From Lingula anatina (lineage: Eukaryota > Animalia > Brachiopoda): a stretch of DNA of 64,000 nt. The notes under the pieces are model-generated. The model was not told the origin of the DNA. It made no database searches and saw nothing but the letters and a program-made list of their open reading frames with translations. The stretch covers positions 22,878,001-22,942,000 of the forward strand of contig CM120642.1 of assembly GCA_051362555.1 (NCBI GenBank), read 5' to 3'. The position numbers were made by a program, and so were the translations under genes. Positions 62,001 through 64,000 of the stretch are shown piece after piece; positions within the stretch are counted from its first letter, which is position 1, and each line of letters opens with the position of its first letter.

Positions 62001-63240
62001 TATCATTTTCAAGCATGAGTTTTGTTTGCTTAACTGTCTCTTCTCTCTTGTCTTGAGTTTGTCGGTAGAACCTTTGGCGTTGTGGAAGTGCATCACCTGT
62101 TATGATTTTGTGCGGATGTACATTGACTGCTTTACCTAGCTCAGAGAGGTCTGTTGCAAAGACAGAGCGATATTCACCTATCAGGGCTAAAAGCTGTTGC
62201 TTTTGGTAGTCATCTAAATCTGCATCTTCTAAGTTGATTCCCATGTTTTGTGCTGTTTTTATTTTCCCTTCCTCAAGGTGCACGTTTTGTTGAGTTTGGT
62301 GGTTTTGACCCATTTCTGTTTCCATGAAGTCTGCTACATTAACCAATATTTTATCCAACCTTTCTATTTCTACCTTTTCATCGGTTTTGGCTTTCTTTCC
62401 AGTACTTTTTAACAAACTTTGATTATCTGTGAGTTTTGATTTTGTGTTAGCTAGAGTCTTTTCTTCTAACTCTCTGTCTAGCTCTTCTGTTTCCTCAAAA
62501 TTGAAAATATTATCATTTTCTATTGTGAACCCCTTTGCTAGTACAGTATTACCTGAAATTTTCATTGTCGTATTTGTTGGATTGTAAACTGAGCATTTGA
62601 CTCTACCATTATCCATTGCGGAGATACATCTTGATATGAAATACTTGTTCCCTACAGGTTCCAGTAATACTGATGGACAACTCACATGCTTATGTCTGGA
62701 CATTTTGAGGTTAACTGTTGTTATGGTTCTAGGAGGTATACTGACATCAGACATGGTTCTAGCCAGACCAAAGTGGTTTGGCTGGTGAGTGTGGACAGAA
62801 GATTTCCCTTTGAAGATTAAAAGATTTGAGTCTAAGTCTAAAACAGCAGAGTTGGCACTTAAGAAATCAACACCTAGGATAATGTTTCTTGGTAGTGTTT
62901 CAAAAATGTGAAACTTGTTTCGGAAACTTTGTCCATCTATTGACAGAGAAAGAGTGACTGAACCCAGAATCCTATATTTTTCTCCGCCCACACCAGCGAT
63001 AACCCTAAAGGTAGAAGGTTCATACACTTTAAGCTCTGGGAGGATTTTGGATAGAAAATGCTTAGAGACCACAGAAACAGATGCACCAGTATCTACAAGA
63101 GCCAATGTTTGGACTTTGTTAATAACCACCTGCACCAAATTATGATGCAATGGATTTGCTTTTAATAAGGCTGATATATCTAAAGTTTGGTTCGAAATAA
63201 ATTTTGAGTTCACTGATTGTTTACTACTGTGCGCGTACCC
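59071..63240 (-). CDS. pol: Pol polyprotein (protease, dUTPase-like insert, RT, RNase H, integrase, chromodomain-like tail). Frame open from the gag stop codon
   Basis: LVDTGAS; YRFAVDYR, MPFGL, YIDD; TSDVS..AIG, ELECLA, TDHQPL; HHCC, WHID, SDRG, CERTN; WQGPY. Confidence 0.95.
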   Translation of the reverse strand, partial: GYAHSSKQSVNSKFISNQTLDISALLKANPLHHNLVQVVINKVQTLALVDTGASVSVVSKHFLSKILPELKVYEPSTFRVIAGVGGEKYRILGSVTLSLSIDGQSFRNKFHIFETLPRNIILGVDFLSANSAVLDLDSNLLIFKGKSSVHTHQPNHFGLARTMSDVSIPPRTITTVNLKMSRHKHVSCPSVLLEPVGNKYFISRCISAMDNGRVKCSVYNPTNTTMKISGNTVLAKGFTIENDNIFNFEETEELDRELEEKTLANTKSKLTDNQSLLKSTGKKAKTDEKVEIERLDKILVNVADFMETEMGQNHQTQQNVHLEEGKIKTAQNMGINLEDADLDDYQKQQLLALIGEYRSVFATDLSELGKAVNVHPHKIITGDALPQRQRFYRQTQDKREETVKQTKLMLENDIIEPSTSQWAAPVVLVKKKDGTYRFAVDYRRLSNVTHPINWPLPRMEDIHETVGEAQAKFYSSLDMASGYWQIPLDPDTKEKTSFVTHHGQFQFKRMPFGLRNAGTTYQQIMSQVLQDLNWKIALVYIDDILVYSKTFTEHLHHLELIFKKLQTANLTLKPTKCKFGCKKIHFLGHVLSKEGIEVDQQKIQAVKSFSTPKTATQVRSFLGLTNYYRKFVKNYSKLAAPLHALTHKGKRFQWTNECEVAFQFLKQALTSTPILAFPDLSKPFILTSDVSKTAIGYMLSQKDENNKEHAISYGGRALTRKEKESSYCPSELECLALVEGIKAYSHFLSNHKFTVYTDHQPLSWLNSKKSSNEKLKRWSLYLQPYDFKIEYTKGKTNPTDCLSRQEYQENINEEDIEDKFHEADIAVAETSNDLRKSKETTFIYQYDVPLVAAQVGDKLRQAQRNCPEIRKIIEDVKSTEYPRTDNQSKNKMNYFLDEGGTLHFIHQDRAERRKGGNRTRHLLVVPPEYRNELLQAYHNSPSGGAHQGFNRTHSAIRLKYYWPCMYKDIQQYIQSCDTCQKSKRQYHAHPAPLQPLPVTEVMERWHIDILGPLPKTEEGYQYILLAVESFSKYPEAFPLRTQSAKEVAEVLYSQVFTRYGAPRSLISDRGQNFRSKLVQAICDLFQVKQVFTSSYHPQTNAVCERTNGFIGQALRSYADKKQTNWPTVLPAILMAYRKTPGIATGFSPYFLLHGREMRTPFDVKMAPKDKLPNSIREYVQDHLETLEWGREQAKKNKELASTANKKHYDKKAKNPTFQIGDEVLLHIPKPPPGLSSKLHKKWQGPYRIHQRVGPVTYRIRRCDNNEMHRSPVHANNLREYHEPIIPQQNRPQTQRCISGQTTTPVTSTQQGVVNEEEDDPVRQIEKLVKCSWNAKYKQYQYNVKFANEKSIVKGVLADDIPERFKKEFHSTKTHAGRKRKRPPIVRYQN

Positions 63241-64000
63241 CTATTGTACTTTGCTTTTACACACAACTTGTAAATGATTGAATTTGCCACATTTGTGACA
63301 TTGTTTACCTATTGCTGGACACTTATGTTTGCTAGTTGGTTCCCACTTACCACATTTGTCACATTGGTTCAGTTTGTGTTTTATTGGTGCTTTGTCTCTT
63401 TGTTGACGGCTGTATGGCGAGCAGGGCTGTTTTCTATACCGCTGTCGTCCACGATGCTGGTACTCATGTAGAGGTGCGGAATGGAACTGTTGAATATTTG
63501 GGTCCACAAACTGCTGGGCTGGATCCCTGAACTGTTGGGTTAGGTCCGTGAACCGCTGGGCTGGATATATGGACTTCTGGACTGGGTATATAAACTGTGG
63601 GGCTGGGTTTATGTACTGCTGAGTTGGGTACAGCTGAATTGATTGATGAGACCGCTGGACTGGGTGGGAGGGAATGGTTCCCACTGTTGTTTCTTTGCCC
63701 ACTGGGTTTTCATACGAGTTTGTGGCCAGCAGAGATGCTTCCACTAGTGCAGCTGCCTCTTCAAGTGCCTGTAGTGAGTTGGGCTGCTTCTGCATAACGA
63801 ATGTTCTGATTTCCGGTAGTAAGGTATTCACTACAGCAGATAAGGTTTCCATTTCTGTCATATTGGCTTGTGTGGCTAAAGTTCTTTTCCTGGTAATAAA
63901 GTCTAAGACTTTTTCATGTGGTTCTTGTTTTATTCTGAATACTGCTGAATGTTTGTCATAAGCAAAAGGGTGTGACGAGAATCTTGTCAGGAATGCTTTT
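63241..64000 (-). CDS. gag: Gag (partial, open to the window edge)
   Basis: MHR-like IKQEPHEKVLDFITRKRTLA, capsid C-terminal LLPEIRTFV...P.SL, paired zinc knuckles CDKCG......HKCPAIGKQCHKCGKFNHLQVVC. Confidence 0.92.
   Translation of the reverse strand, partial: KAFLTRFSSHPFAYDKHSAVFRIKQEPHEKVLDFITRKRTLATQANMTEMETLSAVVNTLLPEIRTFVMQKQPNSLQALEEAAALVEASLLATNSYENPVGKETTVGTIPSHPVQRSHQSIQLYPTQQYINPAPQFIYPVQKSIYPAQRFTDLTQQFRDPAQQFVDPNIQQFHSAPLHEYQHRGRQRYRKQPCSPYSRQQRDKAPIKHKLNQCDKCGKWEPTSKHKCPAIGKQCHKCGKFNHLQVVCKSKVQ

Larger units (their letters stand above)
56429..64000 (-). mobile_element. Ty3/gypsy (Metaviridae) LTR retrotransposon in a SCYL3 intron, same orientation as the host gene. 5' LTR and gag start lie beyond the window
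   Basis: Intact gag and pol (PR-RT-RH-IN order), PPT-like tract, candidate 3' LTR. Confidence 0.92.

Overview
AT-rich, intron-rich animal genomic DNA, probably an invertebrate and possibly a mollusc (inferred from gene and repeat style, not proven). Six spliced protein-coding genes can be reconstructed: a 4-coumarate-CoA ligase/luciferase-like acyl-CoA synthetase (minus, runs off the left edge), TTC16 (minus) head-to-head with an uncharacterised ~1,100-aa protein (plus), a membrane-anchored torsin AAA+ ATPase (plus), PMPCA (plus) and SCYL3 (minus, 5' part beyond the right edge). A Ty3/gypsy LTR retrotransposon with intact ORFs sits in a SCYL3 intron and is the most unusual object. Its gag and pol are in one frame separated by a single UAG. 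Pol has a dUTPase-like insert and a chromodomain-like tail. The ~1.5-kb region between pol and the 3' LTR reads as a collinear, heavily decayed second pol, and the candidate LTR has a TATA-Inr promoter followed by a ~90-nt hairpin. Other points: a PIP-box-like motif in the torsin N-terminus, four short tandem duplications centred on splice sites or a stop codon, and linkage echoing human 9q34/1q24-25. Many MITEs, LINE/SINE fragments and microsatellites are present. All calls are by eye, with no database searches.
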